The notes: a model not told the origin generated them from the sequence alone. A DNA stretch of 64,000 nucleotides from Candidatus Anstonellaceae archaeon (GCA_038887295.1 JAWAKW010000001.1:11967-75966), one strand, 5' to 3'; positions 1 to 10,226 are shown, counted from the first letter of the stretch. A program made the numbers and translations.

Positions 1-2
1 AT

Positions 3-317
3 GCAATTAGGGGAACGCTTCAGCTGATGGAAGCCCCGCGCGAAAAGCTGACCGTAAAAAACAGCTACAATTTCGCGGCAATAAGTTTTACCGCCAAGCA
101 ACTGGCGCAAGAGGTTGCAAATCTGGTTCCAGGCTTTCAAATAACATATGAGCCTGATTTTAGGCAGAAAATTGCAGACTCTTGGCCAAAGACAATTGAT
201 GACAGCCAAGCAAGGAAGGACTGGGGATGGAAGCATGAGTATGACTTAAAGAAAATGGCTAAGGATATGTTTGAAAATTTAAAGAAAAAATTGGGAAAAA
301 AAGAAGAAGGAGGGTAA
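3..317 (+). CDS. L-threonine 3-dehydrogenase (SDR/NAD-dependent epimerase family), C-terminal part; truncated by window start
   Basis: Frame open from the window edge (AIRGTLQLMEAP...); YEPDFRQKIADSWP and DWGWKHEYDL match SDR-type TDH C-termini. Confidence 0.8.
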   Translation, partial: AIRGTLQLMEAPREKLTVKNSYNFAAISFTAKQLAQEVANLVPGFQITYEPDFRQKIADSWPKTIDDSQARKDWGWKHEYDLKKMAKDMFENLKKKLGKKEEGG

Positions 318-318
318 T

Positions 319-852
319 TTAAGCCCATCCAAGTGCGCTTGCAACACTTACAGGGGAAAGGATTGCAGACATTCCAACAACTGCGCCCTTGATGACAAAG
401 GACACGGCAAAAAGCACTGCTGCCATGATTATTGCAACTGCAATGTTGCCGCGCTTGAGCTCCTTGAACTCGTCAATCCCAACAGTTATCTTGTCCAGCA
501 CGTTGATTGCAATGTAAATTGCAAAGATTGCAAGGATTACCCCGATTGCCAAGTTGACGAGGCCGATTATCAGGGCAGCAAGAAGCTGCATGGGGGAAAG
601 CCCAGGCGCAACTGTTTGCGTGAGGTTGGAGACACCTCCTTCAACTACGTTTGCAATTGAAAAGATGATTGCGCCTAGAAGAATTGCAATTGCTACATTT
701 CCTTTTTTCAACTCTGCCATCTCATCTGTGCTTTGCGTGAGCTTGTCAAACATCCTCAAGCCCAGGTAAACTGAACCCATTGCCAGCACTAGACCTACCA
801 CAAGCTGAAGCAGAGAGATTCCAAGCCCTACCATTAAGCTTTCTACTCCCAT
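319..852 (-). CDS. DUF350-like membrane protein with an internal duplication
   Basis: Two copies of D(K)LT..xDEx.ELK(K/R)GN(V/I)A(I/V)AI; about 4 TM helices; GAGGTGA RBS upstream. Confidence 0.75.
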   Translation of the reverse strand: MGVESLMVGLGISLLQLVVGLVLAMGSVYLGLRMFDKLTQSTDEMAELKKGNVAIAILLGAIIFSIANVVEGGVSNLTQTVAPGLSPMQLLAALIIGLVNLAIGVILAIFAIYIAINVLDKITVGIDEFKELKRGNIAVAIIMAAVLFAVSFVIKGAVVGMSAILSPVSVASALGWA

Positions 853-910
853 CTCATCACCTCGAAAAGAAGACGAAGGATATGCTTAAAAAGATTTTTG
901 AGGGGGCGGC

Positions 911-918
911 TTTAAATA
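911..918 (+). promoter_or_regulatory. TATA box candidate for purM
   Basis: TTTAAATA 14-23 nt before the in-frame ATGs at 932/941, in a divergent intergenic gap. Confidence 0.45.
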
Positions 919-931
919 AGCCAAGCAAAAA

Positions 932-1921
932 ATGTCTTATATGGACTATGCAACTGCAGGGGTGGATATAAAGAAGGTAAAAAGCATCCATCACCTGATT
1001 GAAAATCTGATTTTCCGCAGTACGCCAAAGCACGTGCTTCCAATCAAGGGACATTATGCCGGCCTTTTTAAAGTAGGCAAAATAACGCTGGCAATCCACT
1101 GTGACGGGGTGGGGAGCAAGGTTTTGGTTGCGCAGCAGCAAAACAAGTACGACACTATAGGAATAGACTGCGTTGCCATGAATGTCAACGACATTGTCTG
1201 CATTGGTGCAAAGCCGCTTGTTTTGGTGGATTACCTTGCGCTTGCAAAGGAAGACCCGCAACTGGTGTATGAAATCATGAAGGGGCTGGTCCGCGGAGCA
1301 AAGGAGGCAGGTTGTGCATTGGTTGGAGGGGAAACTGCAATCCTTCCTGAAATAATACGCGGGGCAGGCAGGCCCTTTGACCTTGCCGCAAGCTGTGTAG
1401 GAGTGGTGGAAAAGCTCATAAGCGGACAGGAAATAGCTCCTGGGGATGTTGTGGTGGGGCTGGAAAGCAGCGGGTTGCATTCAAACGGCTATACCTTGGC
1501 GCGAAAATTGCTGGACGAAAGTTGGTATAAAGAGATGCTGGTGCCGACCAGGATATATGTGAAGCCAATAATGAGAATGATAAGAGAGTGCAAAATACAT
1601 GGGCTTGCGCACATTACGGGCGGAGCGTTTTCCAAGCTTTCCAGAATAGGGAAGCGCGCCAAAGTCGGCTTCCTTCTTGACCAGATGCCTCAGCCAAAAG
1701 GCATAATGGCACAATTAAGCCAGCAGGTTGCAAATGACTATGAGTTTTATCGGACTTTCAACGGAGGCATTGGGATGTGCGTGGTCTGCCCAAAGCAAGA
1801 AGAGGAAAGAGTAATTGCAATTGCAAAAAAGCATTCTATTGGTGCGCAAATAATAGGGAAGGTAGTAAAGAAGCAAGATGTCATATTGAAAAAAGGTGGG
1901 AGGGAAATTTCGCTTCTTTAG
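932..1921 (+). CDS. purM: Phosphoribosylformylglycinamidine cyclo-ligase (AIR synthetase)
   Basis: YATAGVDI, DGVGSK, IDCVAMNVND, GGETA, SSGLHSNGYTL, AHITGG, RTFNGGIG motifs. Confidence 0.97.
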   Translation: MSYMDYATAGVDIKKVKSIHHLIENLIFRSTPKHVLPIKGHYAGLFKVGKITLAIHCDGVGSKVLVAQQQNKYDTIGIDCVAMNVNDIVCIGAKPLVLVDYLALAKEDPQLVYEIMKGLVRGAKEAGCALVGGETAILPEIIRGAGRPFDLAASCVGVVEKLISGQEIAPGDVVVGLESSGLHSNGYTLARKLLDESWYKEMLVPTRIYVKPIMRMIRECKIHGLAHITGGAFSKLSRIGKRAKVGFLLDQMPQPKGIMAQLSQQVANDYEFYRTFNGGIGMCVVCPKQEEERVIAIAKKHSIGAQIIGKVVKKQDVILKKGGREISLL

Positions 1922-2484
1922 GCCAAAAGGCCCTTTACTCCGTTTGCCATCATCTCGATTGCAATCGCAGTAAGGAAAAGCCCCATTATTTTGGAAAGGA
2001 TTTCGATCATTTTTTCATTGACTTTTGGAAGCGCAAGGGCAAAGACGTAGAAGACTGCCCCTACTGCTGCAAATGCAACTGTGACGTCCTGCAAAAGCGC
2101 AACTGGGCCGGATGAAAAAGCCTTAATGGTAAGGAAAGAAATAACTGCAGGCCCGGTCAAAAGCGGGGTGGCAATGATTGCAATTAGGGAATCAGTCTGG
2201 CTGACATCTGATTTTGGCTCCCTGGGGCGGACGGTATCCAAGCCTAAAAGGAAAAGCACCACACCACCCGCTATCCTGAATGCATCTATACTCACTCCAT
2301 AAAGCGAGAAAAATTGCGGGCCGAAAAAAATCACAAATAAGGCTATTGCATATGCCACTGCTGACGCGCGTATTGCAATCTGTCGCACGTCCATTTTCTT
2401 TTTGTAAGCTGCCATGAGAACCGGGAAGGAGGAAAGTGGATTGAGCAGTGCAAAAAGCTGCATAATCAAAGCTATGTCTGCCAT
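1918..2484 (-). CDS. MarC family membrane protein
   Basis: LLNPL, AFRIAGG, ATPLLTGPAVI, KIMGLFL motifs; ATG overlaps the kae1 stop. Confidence 0.9.
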   Translation of the reverse strand: MADIALIMQLFALLNPLSSFPVLMAAYKKKMDVRQIAIRASAVAYAIALFVIFFGPQFFSLYGVSIDAFRIAGGVVLFLLGLDTVRPREPKSDVSQTDSLIAIIATPLLTGPAVISFLTIKAFSSGPVALLQDVTVAFAAVGAVFYVFALALPKVNEKMIEILSKIMGLFLTAIAIEMMANGVKGLLA

Positions 2485-3467
2485 CAAAACACCTGATCTA
2501 TCCTCCAATAGCCATCAGGCTTAAGTGCAGAAAGCTTTTCTCTTTTTCCTTTCTGCCACTCTTTTAAAGCGGTGTAGGCAATCATAGCGCCGTTGTCTGC
2601 ATTGTACTGCGGCTCGGCTGCTCCAAAGCGCGCGCGGTGCGGCTTGCACATTTTGGAAAGCATGCTGCAAAGCATGGCATTTTGGGCAACACCGCCGCAC
2701 GCCACCACCTCCTTTTTTGAGTAAAGGTAGAGTGCTCTTTCTGCAGCCTCGCACACTTCAGCAAATGCAGTTTCAAGAAGCGATCGGCAGATGTCCTCCA
2801 TCTTGCGGCTTCCTATCGACTTGACTGCTGCAGTGAACAAGCCTGCAAAAGCAAAATTCATGCCCTTCACTGTGTAAGGTAGAGGGAAATAATCTCCTCT
2901 GCTGGCAAGCCGTGCTACCTCTGAGCCGTGTGGGTGCGCAAGCCTTGCCTCGCGGGCAAAGGAGTCAAGGAGATTTCCCAGCCCCATATCAAGGGTTTCC
3001 CCAAGAACTAATAATCTGGCTTTTGCTGCCTTCGTTTCTATTATAAGCTGGGTGTTTGCCCCACTGACATAAACAAAAAGGGGGTTGCGCATTTTGAGCA
3101 GCCCTTTTGAGATTTCAAGATGCGCATGGCAGTGGTTTATGCCAAGGATCGGCTTTTTGAACTTGGATGCAAGGAACTTTGCAGCTGCGCATGAAATCCG
3201 AAGGCATTGACCTATGCCAGGGCCCCTGGAAAATGAAAACAAATCTATTTCTGAAAGCGTGAGATTGGCAGTACTTAATGCCTCTTGCAGTACTTCTGAA
3301 AAAGCGTCTGTGTGGTGCTGGGCTGCAAGCCGCGGAATTATGCCTTCGCCTGGCGGGCTTTTGTACATCCTTTTTGCATTTGCAAGTATTGAAATTCTGC
3401 TTTTTTGGAGCTTGCATATGCCTATGCCCAGAGTGTGCGCGGTGGATTCAATCCCGAGGCAAAGCAT
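2484..3467 (-). CDS. kae1: tRNA N6-threonylcarbamoyltransferase Kae1 (KEOPS), not fused to Bud32
   Basis: LGIESTAHT, GPG, NHCHAH, YVSGANTQ, GETLD, GGVAQN, DNGAMIA; GGTGAA RBS before ATG at 3467. Confidence 0.95.
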   Translation of the reverse strand: MLCLGIESTAHTLGIGICKLQKSRISILANAKRMYKSPPGEGIIPRLAAQHHTDAFSEVLQEALSTANLTLSEIDLFSFSRGPGIGQCLRISCAAAKFLASKFKKPILGINHCHAHLEISKGLLKMRNPLFVYVSGANTQLIIETKAAKARLLVLGETLDMGLGNLLDSFAREARLAHPHGSEVARLASRGDYFPLPYTVKGMNFAFAGLFTAAVKSIGSRKMEDICRSLLETAFAEVCEAAERALYLYSKKEVVACGGVAQNAMLCSMLSKMCKPHRARFGAAEPQYNADNGAMIAYTALKEWQKGKREKLSALKPDGYWRIDQVF

Positions 3468-3489
3468 AGCTTCACCTTTGAAGGAAAAA

Positions 3490-4140
3490 TTAAAATTGGC
3501 AATAGCCTGCTTTGCACAAAACAAAAAGTGCAACTGACGAGAAGTTGAAGATGGCGTGCGCCAGTATTGCAGGCAAAAGCGTGCCTGAAATACGCACAGT
3601 TGCGCAAAGAATCAAGCCAACCAGGAAAGCAACCGCAAACTGGGCGACTGAGCCGTAGGAAAGGTGCACCACTGAAAAAATCATAGAGGAAAGCAGTGAG
3701 GCTGAAACAAAGCTGAATTTCCCTTTCAAAAGCAAGGACAGTTTGTGCAAAAGAAATCCCCTAAAAAACACTTCTTCAGCAATTGGGGCAATTGTAAATG
3801 AAAACACGAGTACAGAAGCAGGGAGCTGTTCTATTTTTTGAATTACCTTGCCGCTGTCAAGAATCCCAAGAAAAGAAAATATGGTAGATATGGCAAATGC
3901 TGAAGTAAAGCAGAAAATAGAGGCTGCTGCCCCAAGCATCAATACTTTGGCAAAATCGAAAGGCGGAAGCATTCCGAAATCCTTTGCGGCTTTTTTCAAG
4001 TTCCTGTTTGAAAGAAAAAGCCCAACAAAAAGCAGCAAAAGCGAAAGGTAAACTGAAAGGGAGGAAGGTGCCCAGGGGGGATAAATAAGGAAAAAAGCAA
4101 ATGCCAAAATGAGTGCAAAAACCCTGTGCACAGCATTCAC
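3490..4140 (-). CDS. CPBP/Abi family intramembrane metalloprotease
   Basis: [16 protein letters not shown] and AHAIFN motifs; multiple TM helices. Confidence 0.9.
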   Translation of the reverse strand: MNAVHRVFALILAFAFFLIYPPWAPSSLSVYLSLLLLFVGLFLSNRNLKKAAKDFGMLPPFDFAKVLMLGAAASIFCFTSAFAISTIFSFLGILDSGKVIQKIEQLPASVLVFSFTIAPIAEEVFFRGFLLHKLSLLLKGKFSFVSASLLSSMIFSVVHLSYGSVAQFAVAFLVGLILCATVRISGTLLPAILAHAIFNFSSVALFVLCKAGYCQF

Positions 4141-4283
4141 TTTTTCTCAAAGTAGCCGCATTTTCCGCAGGAGCGCCGATCCTTATGCTCTGCAAGCCTC
4201 ACACCAGAGCCGCATTTTGGGCATGGCTTTTTTGGCGCATAGGGCTTGATGACTTTCTTTTTTTGAGCCTGCTTTTCTGCCAT
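4137..4283 (-). CDS. rps27ae: 30S ribosomal protein S27ae (not in ORF track, 48 aa)
   Basis: Translated by hand: [48 protein letters not shown]; Zn ribbon; directly follows rps24e. Confidence 0.95.
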   Translation of the reverse strand: MAEKQAQKKKVIKPYAPKKPCPKCGSGVRLAEHKDRRSCGKCGYFEKK

Positions 4284-4291
4284 ACTACCAC

Positions 4292-4597
4292 CTATTTCTT
4301 AGCCTCTTTCTTTTTCTTTTCTGCAAGCCCATCGCGCACAAGCAGATGGTGCCGCTCTACCGCAAGCAAGGCTTCCTTGGTCTTGTAGATGTGTGCCCTC
4401 ACTTTTGCTGTGCGGCAGCCAAACCTGCCTTTGACAGAAACTATAATCAAACAAGAAGGGTCACACCCGACCGAGGCAACAATTGCTTCCCTCAGCTCTT
4501 TTCTAGACGGGACTGCCTTGTCAAATGAGACATCGCAAAGCAGCTCTGTCCGGTCAAGGGAGCGGTTTTCTCTTCTGTGAGAAATTATTACTTCCAT
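4292..4597 (-). CDS. rps24e: 30S ribosomal protein S24e
   Basis: [17 protein letters not shown]...AHIY pattern; upstream of rps27ae. Confidence 0.93.
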   Translation of the reverse strand: MEVIISHRRENRSLDRTELLCDVSFDKAVPSRKELREAIVASVGCDPSCLIIVSVKGRFGCRTAKVRAHIYKTKEALLAVERHHLLVRDGLAEKKKKEAKK

Positions 4598-4608
4598 TCC
4601 ATCAACCC

Positions 4609-5007
4609 TTAATGTATCCTTGTGATTGCTTTTTTGCCCATTGCGCACATAAGCTCAGCTTCTTTTCCTGCAGCTGCATCCTTGAGTAGATCCTCGGGTA
4701 TTGTAAGCTCAAAAACCTCGTAGGTAGAGGTGTCCATCAGCTGTGCGGTGTTGCCATTCACTGCAACAATCTGGGCGGTTTGGCGCTCAATTATTGGCAC
4801 TTCCACATCTGCATCAGAAGGAACCAGAAGCTGCTTTTTTTGCCCGTCAAAAATCCCAATACCAGTGATGCGCATTTTTGCTGCGCCGTGCTTGCCAGGC
4901 TTAGAAGAATCAATACTTACTATTCTGCAAGGAATTCCTTCGATTATGACGTATTTTCCTTCCTTAAGATCTTTTGCTGAGGAAAAGATTTTGCTCACCA
5001 AAATCAC
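4609..5007 (-). CDS. eif5a: Translation factor aIF-5A (start may be GTG at 4998)
   Basis: SKPGKHGAAK hypusination motif. Confidence 0.97.
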   Translation of the reverse strand: MILVSKIFSSAKDLKEGKYVIIEGIPCRIVSIDSSKPGKHGAAKMRITGIGIFDGQKKQLLVPSDADVEVPIIERQTAQIVAVNGNTAQLMDTSTYEVFELTIPEDLLKDAAAGKEAELMCAMGKKAITRIH

Positions 5008-5140
5008 CTTTTAGAAGCGCTGACGCGGTTAAATTGCCACAAATTATTTATAAAGCATCAGGAGGGCTCAAGCGATAAAACCTTGTTTTTCCTTTTTTAA
5101 CCACTATATTTAAAATATATTTGGTTAATAATGTATAAAC

Positions 5141-5317
5141 ATGGAAACAGGGGGGGATGAAGAAAGAAGCCTTGCATTTGAAGTAAAAGGCAGGCTGCGC
5201 GTAATTGTAGAAGAAGGAACCCCATATGTCAAAATAGGCAACCAAACTTATTTTGTAAATGAGCCGCCTTCTGTCATAGTTGGAGGCAAAAAACATTTTG
5301 TAAGTGGGATCTTCTGA
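5141..5317 (+). CDS. Small hypothetical protein (58 aa, not in ORF track)
   Basis: METGGDEERSLAFEVKGRLRVIVEEGTPYVKIGNQTYFVNEPPSVIVGGKKHFVSGIF; TATA-like TATTTAAAATATA about 25-30 nt upstream; fills an otherwise empty gap. Confidence 0.6.
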   Translation: METGGDEERSLAFEVKGRLRVIVEEGTPYVKIGNQTYFVNEPPSVIVGGKKHFVSGIF

Positions 5318-5358
5318 AAAAGAGCATCCATTTAAATCAACTAATGCAAATTTTTCAT

Positions 5359-6921
5359 ATGGCACAAGTGCAGTTTCCTTTCCAAGATTTGCAAGAACTT
5401 GTCAGCATAGGGCAACAAGAGGCATTGGAGACTCTTTGGATGCTTGGCTTTCCAGCAGAAGTTCTTCCAGACGGAACCATAGGCGTAGAGGTGACACCTA
5501 ATAGGCCAGATTGCCTTTGCATAGAAGGCCTTGCGCGCACTTTGCAATGCTTCAAACAAGGCAATCCAGTGGAGTTTAAGGTATCTAAAGCAACCATATC
5601 TGCAATCTGTGACTCTTCAGTTTCAGCAGTACGGCCCGCTTTTGGTTGTGCGGTAGTGCGGAATATAAAAATGACTGATTCGCTTTTGCGCTCTATAATG
5701 CAGCTTCAGGAGAAGTTGCACGAAACAATCGGACGCAAGCGCAGGAAAGTTGCAATTGGGCTGCATGACCTTGCACCCATAAAACCGCCTTTCAAATACT
5801 TTGCATGTGGGAGAGAAGAAATTTCGTTTGTGCCGCTCAATTCCACAGAAGAGGTGACTCCAGCTGAGATTCTGAAAAAACATGAAAAGGGCATAATGTA
5901 TGCTCACTTGGTTGGGGAAAAATGCCCAATGATAGTGGATGCAGAAGGAAAGGTGCTTTCATTTCCTCCAATCATAAATGGCGAGCTTACACGCGTCTGC
6001 GAAAGGACTAGGGAAATCTTTGTAGATTGCACGGGGACCAGTGCAGAAGCCGTAAAGGTGGCAGTAAACATCGTTTGCGCAGCCTTTGCACAGCGCGGTG
6101 CGCAAATAGAAGAAGTGATATTGGATGGTCAGCCCTACCGGCTACTGGAGGAAAAAGAATGGAAATTGCCTACCAAAGAAGCTCAAAGACTTCTTGGAAT
6201 TAGTCTTTCTGATGCTCAGGCTGCTCAGCTTCTTTCCAAGATGGGTCATAAAGTCAAAGGCGACAGAGTGCTGGTGCCTGGCTATCGGGCAGATATAATG
6301 AGTGAAGTGGATTTGATAGAGGATATCGCGATAGCTTATGGGTTCAATAATTTTGAGCCTGTTTTGCCGGAAGTTTCAACTGTAGGCAAAATCCAGAATG
6401 AATCCTCTTATCATGATGTGATGGTGGGGCTTGGTTATACTGAAGCTCTCACCTGGATGCTTTCTAATCCGGCTCTTGTGAAGAAAGCAAAAATAGATGA
6501 AAAGCTTCTTGAAATAGAAAACCCACTTACCGAAGAATACAGCGTCTTTAGACCTGCCATACTTCCAAATCTTTTGTCTGTGCTTTCTGAAGGCAAAAAC
6601 GAAAGACTTCCAATAAGGCTTTATGAAATTGGGCCTGTTGCAAAACCAAACCTAAAGCAGCACCTCTGCATTGTTTCCATGCACGCAAAAGCCTCGTTTT
6701 CAGAGATAAAAGGAGTGGTTTTGGCAGCTATGCAAAAGCTTGGAAAGAATGTCCAAATCCAACAAGATTCTTCTCCGACATACATAAGTGGACGGTGTGC
6801 TGCGGTCTATGTTGGTGAAAAGAAGATAGGCTTGTTTGGTGAAATTGCTCCTCAGGTACTTGTAGATTTTGGACTTGAGCAGCCTGTTTGCGCTGCTGAG
6901 ATAGAGGTAGAAGATGTATAG
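5359..6921 (+). CDS. pheT: Phenylalanine-tRNA ligase beta subunit
   Basis: TPNRPD, QLQEKLH..GRKRRKVAIGLHD, SFPPIING, YRADIMSEVDLIEDIAIAYG. Confidence 0.97.
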   Translation: MAQVQFPFQDLQELVSIGQQEALETLWMLGFPAEVLPDGTIGVEVTPNRPDCLCIEGLARTLQCFKQGNPVEFKVSKATISAICDSSVSAVRPAFGCAVVRNIKMTDSLLRSIMQLQEKLHETIGRKRRKVAIGLHDLAPIKPPFKYFACGREEISFVPLNSTEEVTPAEILKKHEKGIMYAHLVGEKCPMIVDAEGKVLSFPPIINGELTRVCERTREIFVDCTGTSAEAVKVAVNIVCAAFAQRGAQIEEVILDGQPYRLLEEKEWKLPTKEAQRLLGISLSDAQAAQLLSKMGHKVKGDRVLVPGYRADIMSEVDLIEDIAIAYGFNNFEPVLPEVSTVGKIQNESSYHDVMVGLGYTEALTWMLSNPALVKKAKIDEKLLEIENPLTEEYSVFRPAILPNLLSVLSEGKNERLPIRLYEIGPVAKPNLKQHLCIVSMHAKASFSEIKGVVLAAMQKLGKNVQIQQDSSPTYISGRCAAVYVGEKKIGLFGEIAPQVLVDFGLEQPVCAAEIEVEDV

Positions 6922-8443
6922 CCTAGGGCCCATTGACAGGGCTTTCCGAGAAACTTGCAAGATACTTTTCAAAGCTGAAATCGGGGGGCTTCTTGAATTT
7001 GAGCCTTACTTGAAAGAGTGCATTTTCCCTTATAGCGTAGTAGAGCTTGAAAATAATCAAAAAGTAATGCTTGGCAGTCCCTATTATCGAGGAAAGGTAG
7101 CATCTGCTGATGGTATGTCATGGAAGGCACCAAGGTTTTCTGTGAATCAGATAAAGGACATAGATTCTCTTTTTGAGGCGGCAAAGGAAATCTCAATTTA
7201 TTGCGGCAATAAAGCATTCGGGAAAAACCACAACATACATCTGCTTGACAATGCCAAAGATTGCATAGATGTATATTTTGCCCACAATGCAACCAATGTC
7301 AAAAAAGGAGCATATCTTTCTTGTATTAGGAATTCTGAATATGTCTTTGGCATACCTGCTTTTGCGAAAATAAAACATTCTATAAGATGTGTAGAGGGTA
7401 TGAATGCAAACCGTATGTTTGAGTCGCATTATATCAGCAACTGTTCAGATATGTACTACTGCATAAATTGCCATGGCTGCAGCGAGATAATTTTTGGGTT
7501 TAACTTGCGCAATAAGCACTACTGTATAGGCAATCTTGGGCTTGGAAAAGAGAAATATTTTGAGCTGAAGGCCAAACTCCTCTCTGAAATTGCGGAGATT
7601 TTAGCAAAAAGGAAGCGGATATTTTCGCTTGGGGAAATCCTGAAGCAAAACACCTCAGAGGAAAACCCAGATTTCATACCGACTCAGCCGCCTCCTCCTT
7701 CTGTGCAGAAAGCATTTGCAAAGGCAACAGAGATTGTGCTCAAAGTTAAAAGGGAGGATATTGTCCCGTTTGTATCTTATTTGCAATCTAAAACTTTGCC
7801 AGTCCAAAAGGCCAATGGCAGGTTTAAAAGCCAAACCTATCGCCCGTTTTTGCCTGTTGTGAAAGACATACCATTTGCTTGCCTTTGCACCAATCAGGAG
7901 GCACAAACACAAGATAAGCCGCTTATCGAAGGCAAGTCTGATTTTAGACTGCAAAGCTTGGTTGTCCAGATTGCAAAAAATGCATCTACCACCCTCGAAA
8001 TGAGGGAAGGAGACTGTAAAGAAGTTTATGAGACAAGCCAGGTAATAAGTTCAAATGAATGCTGGTCGGCATGGGATTTCACCTTTTCTTCCAGATGCGC
8101 ATGTTCTACGGGTGTAGGCAACTGTGAATATGTTTTTGGGGGAGGGAATATCAGGATCCTTGAGTCAAAATTTTGCATCAATTGCTACAATTCAATCAAC
8201 CTTCAGCGCTGCTTTGAAGCAGACAGTTGTGTAGATTGCAGTGATTGCTATTTCTGCCACAACCTTGAAGGATGCCAAGAATGCATACTTTGCTTCAACT
8301 TGAAAGGAAAAAGATATGCTGTTCTTAATCAAGAACTGAAAAAGGAGCAGTATTACAAAATAAAGAAAATGCTGCTGGACTATATAAATTCAGAGCTTGA
8401 CAAAAAGAAGTCTATCTCACGCTCAATCTTTGAGATTGGCTAA
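6914..8443 (+). CDS. Hypothetical Cys-rich repeat protein built from two homologous halves
   Basis: Halves start IDRAFRETCKIL / VQKAFAKATEIV and end C..C...FNL(R/K).K.Y...N..L.KE.Y. Confidence 0.8.
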   Translation: MYSLGPIDRAFRETCKILFKAEIGGLLEFEPYLKECIFPYSVVELENNQKVMLGSPYYRGKVASADGMSWKAPRFSVNQIKDIDSLFEAAKEISIYCGNKAFGKNHNIHLLDNAKDCIDVYFAHNATNVKKGAYLSCIRNSEYVFGIPAFAKIKHSIRCVEGMNANRMFESHYISNCSDMYYCINCHGCSEIIFGFNLRNKHYCIGNLGLGKEKYFELKAKLLSEIAEILAKRKRIFSLGEILKQNTSEENPDFIPTQPPPPSVQKAFAKATEIVLKVKREDIVPFVSYLQSKTLPVQKANGRFKSQTYRPFLPVVKDIPFACLCTNQEAQTQDKPLIEGKSDFRLQSLVVQIAKNASTTLEMREGDCKEVYETSQVISSNECWSAWDFTFSSRCACSTGVGNCEYVFGGGNIRILESKFCINCYNSINLQRCFEADSCVDCSDCYFCHNLEGCQECILCFNLKGKRYAVLNQELKKEQYYKIKKMLLDYINSELDKKKSISRSIFEIG

Positions 8444-9618
8444 TTCATTATTTCTTTGGCTATTTTGCTTGGATCGAAATCTATCAAATCAGAATAGCTT
8501 TGCCCAACTCCTACAAATAAAATAGGTATTCCTGTCGCCTTCACAACTGAAATTGCGGTTCCTCCTTTTGCATCGCAGTCCAATTTGGTAAGAATTGCCC
8601 CATCTATTCCTATCGCTTGGTCAAATGCTCGGATTTGCTCTATCATGGCATTGCCGCCAATGCTTTCGCCCACATAAATTTTGATGTCAGGCTTTGCAAT
8701 CCTGACAATCTTTTTAAGCTCTGAAAGAAGGTTAACGTTTGTGTCCTGCCTGCCAGCAGAATCTATTAGCACTACATCTATGTTATGCGCCTTTGCAAAA
8801 TTTATTGCATCGAACGCCACTGCTGCAGGATCTGAGCCGTATTTGTTTTTGATCGCCTTAATCCCAAGTTTGCTTGCATGTGCCTCGGTCTGCTCTATTG
8901 CTGCTGCACGGAATGTGTCTGAAGCGGAAAATACAACACTTAATCCTGCGTCCATGAGCTTCTTTGCTATTTTTGCCATGGTAGTTGTCTTTCCTGCACC
9001 ATTTGGTCCGACAAAAAGGATTTTTGCAGGCTTTGGCAAAGCCTTAACTCTTTGCACCAAATCAAACTTCCTATCAGAAGTCATCACTGCTTGAAGCACT
9101 TCTGCAATTGTTTGCTTTGTCTTTGCACCAATTTGGCCTTTTGGTATTCTCAAATTGGCAAGCTTTGCTTTCAGCTGGGCAGAGATTTCTGATGAAACGC
9201 CATATTCCACATCGGCTTCAAGTAAAGAAAGCTCAAGCTCATCTGCCAAGTCTGAAATTTCCTGCTGGCTTAAGGTTATTTCATCTGAAAAGATAGATTT
9301 GATTGTGGTACTTATAGACAATTTTGGCTCAAGCTGGCGCTTTGAGCTGGCTTTGCTTTCCAGTCTATCTAAATTGAAAGAGGGATGTTGCGGTTTTTGC
9401 TCTTCTGATTTGACAGACTGAGTGATTTTTTGCTCTTCTGCCTGTTTGGGAGAGGCTTTGGCTTCCTGCCTTTCGTCTTGCTTTAGATGAGTAGAAATGG
9501 TTTCTTTTGCTTTTTGCTCTTCTGCTTGCCTTGCAGAAGGAGCCTCTTGCTCCTCTTTTTTCTTGCCAGCCAAATTGTTTATGAAGCCTGCTATTTTACT
9601 TTTCAGAAGATCGAACAT
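8440..9618 (-). CDS. ftsY: Signal recognition particle receptor FtsY
   Basis: GPNGAGKTTT, DTFRAAAIEQ, DSAGRQ, TKLDCDAKGG. Confidence 0.97.
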   Translation of the reverse strand: MFDLLKSKIAGFINNLAGKKKEEQEAPSARQAEEQKAKETISTHLKQDERQEAKASPKQAEEQKITQSVKSEEQKPQHPSFNLDRLESKASSKRQLEPKLSISTTIKSIFSDEITLSQQEISDLADELELSLLEADVEYGVSSEISAQLKAKLANLRIPKGQIGAKTKQTIAEVLQAVMTSDRKFDLVQRVKALPKPAKILFVGPNGAGKTTTMAKIAKKLMDAGLSVVFSASDTFRAAAIEQTEAHASKLGIKAIKNKYGSDPAAVAFDAINFAKAHNIDVVLIDSAGRQDTNVNLLSELKKIVRIAKPDIKIYVGESIGGNAMIEQIRAFDQAIGIDGAILTKLDCDAKGGTAISVVKATGIPILFVGVGQSYSDLIDFDPSKIAKEIMN

Positions 9619-10030
9619 TTTTGCTCTCCTCTGCTACAAGCAAACTTGCCTTATTTGTTAAATCCTGTATGTTCTTTGCTATCTGCTCCAAGTCCTGCTG
9701 TGCTGCTTTGAGCGCATCAGAGAGCTTTTGCTGCTTCTCTTCCAGCATTTTGACAGCTTCTTCTGGCGATTTTTGGACCATTAAGTTTGCGCCAATTGAG
9801 ATTATGATTTTTTCCGTGTTTGGCTTGGGGCATGAAAGGAAGGTGCCTGCGCCCAGAGGGACAAGCGTATCTCCTTTCATTTTCTTGAGGTTTTTGATAG
9901 CCTCAATAACCGAGCCTATCTCAACGATATTTGCCTGGATTGCTTGGATTTGCTGCCGGACGGCTTCGCCTGCAGACTGCTGTAGCTGAAGCTGGTACGA
10001 AAGCTTTTGCACCTCAGTTTCATCAACCAT
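9596..10030 (-). CDS. pfdA: Prefoldin alpha subunit
   Basis: Coiled coil - LVPLGAG...IISIGAN - coiled coil; conserved position before ftsY. Confidence 0.93.
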   Translation of the reverse strand: MVDETEVQKLSYQLQLQQSAGEAVRQQIQAIQANIVEIGSVIEAIKNLKKMKGDTLVPLGAGTFLSCPKPNTEKIIISIGANLMVQKSPEEAVKMLEEKQQKLSDALKAAQQDLEQIAKNIQDLTNKASLLVAEESKNVRSSEK

Positions 10031-10041
10031 TTCGGCACCCC

Positions 10042-10218
10042 CTAAATCTTCTCAATTGAGGAGATTGTGATTGCTGATCTTTTAATTCCTCCTCTGCTTC
10101 CAAACATCGCATATATGTACTCGCGCGCCAGCTTTTCACTTGCGGCTTCAACTTCCTTTTGGAATTTGCGGCTTGTTTTGCCTTTTCTGAACATTCCTCT
10201 CACAAGGTATTTTGCCAT
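10042..10218 (-). CDS. rpl18a: 50S ribosomal protein L18Ae/LX (eL20; not in ORF track, 58 aa)
   Basis: MAKYLVRGMFRKGKTSRKFQKEVEAASEKLAREYIYAMFGSRGGIKRSAITISSIEKI; lies between eif6 and pfdA. Confidence 0.93.
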   Translation of the reverse strand: MAKYLVRGMFRKGKTSRKFQKEVEAASEKLAREYIYAMFGSRGGIKRSAITISSIEKI

Positions 10219-10226
10219 AAGACCAC

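Noticed and set aside
5048..5365. 105-aa minus-strand ORF
   Set aside because: It overlaps the pheT start, spans promoter-like AT tracts and has atypical composition; the + strand 58-aa ORF fits better
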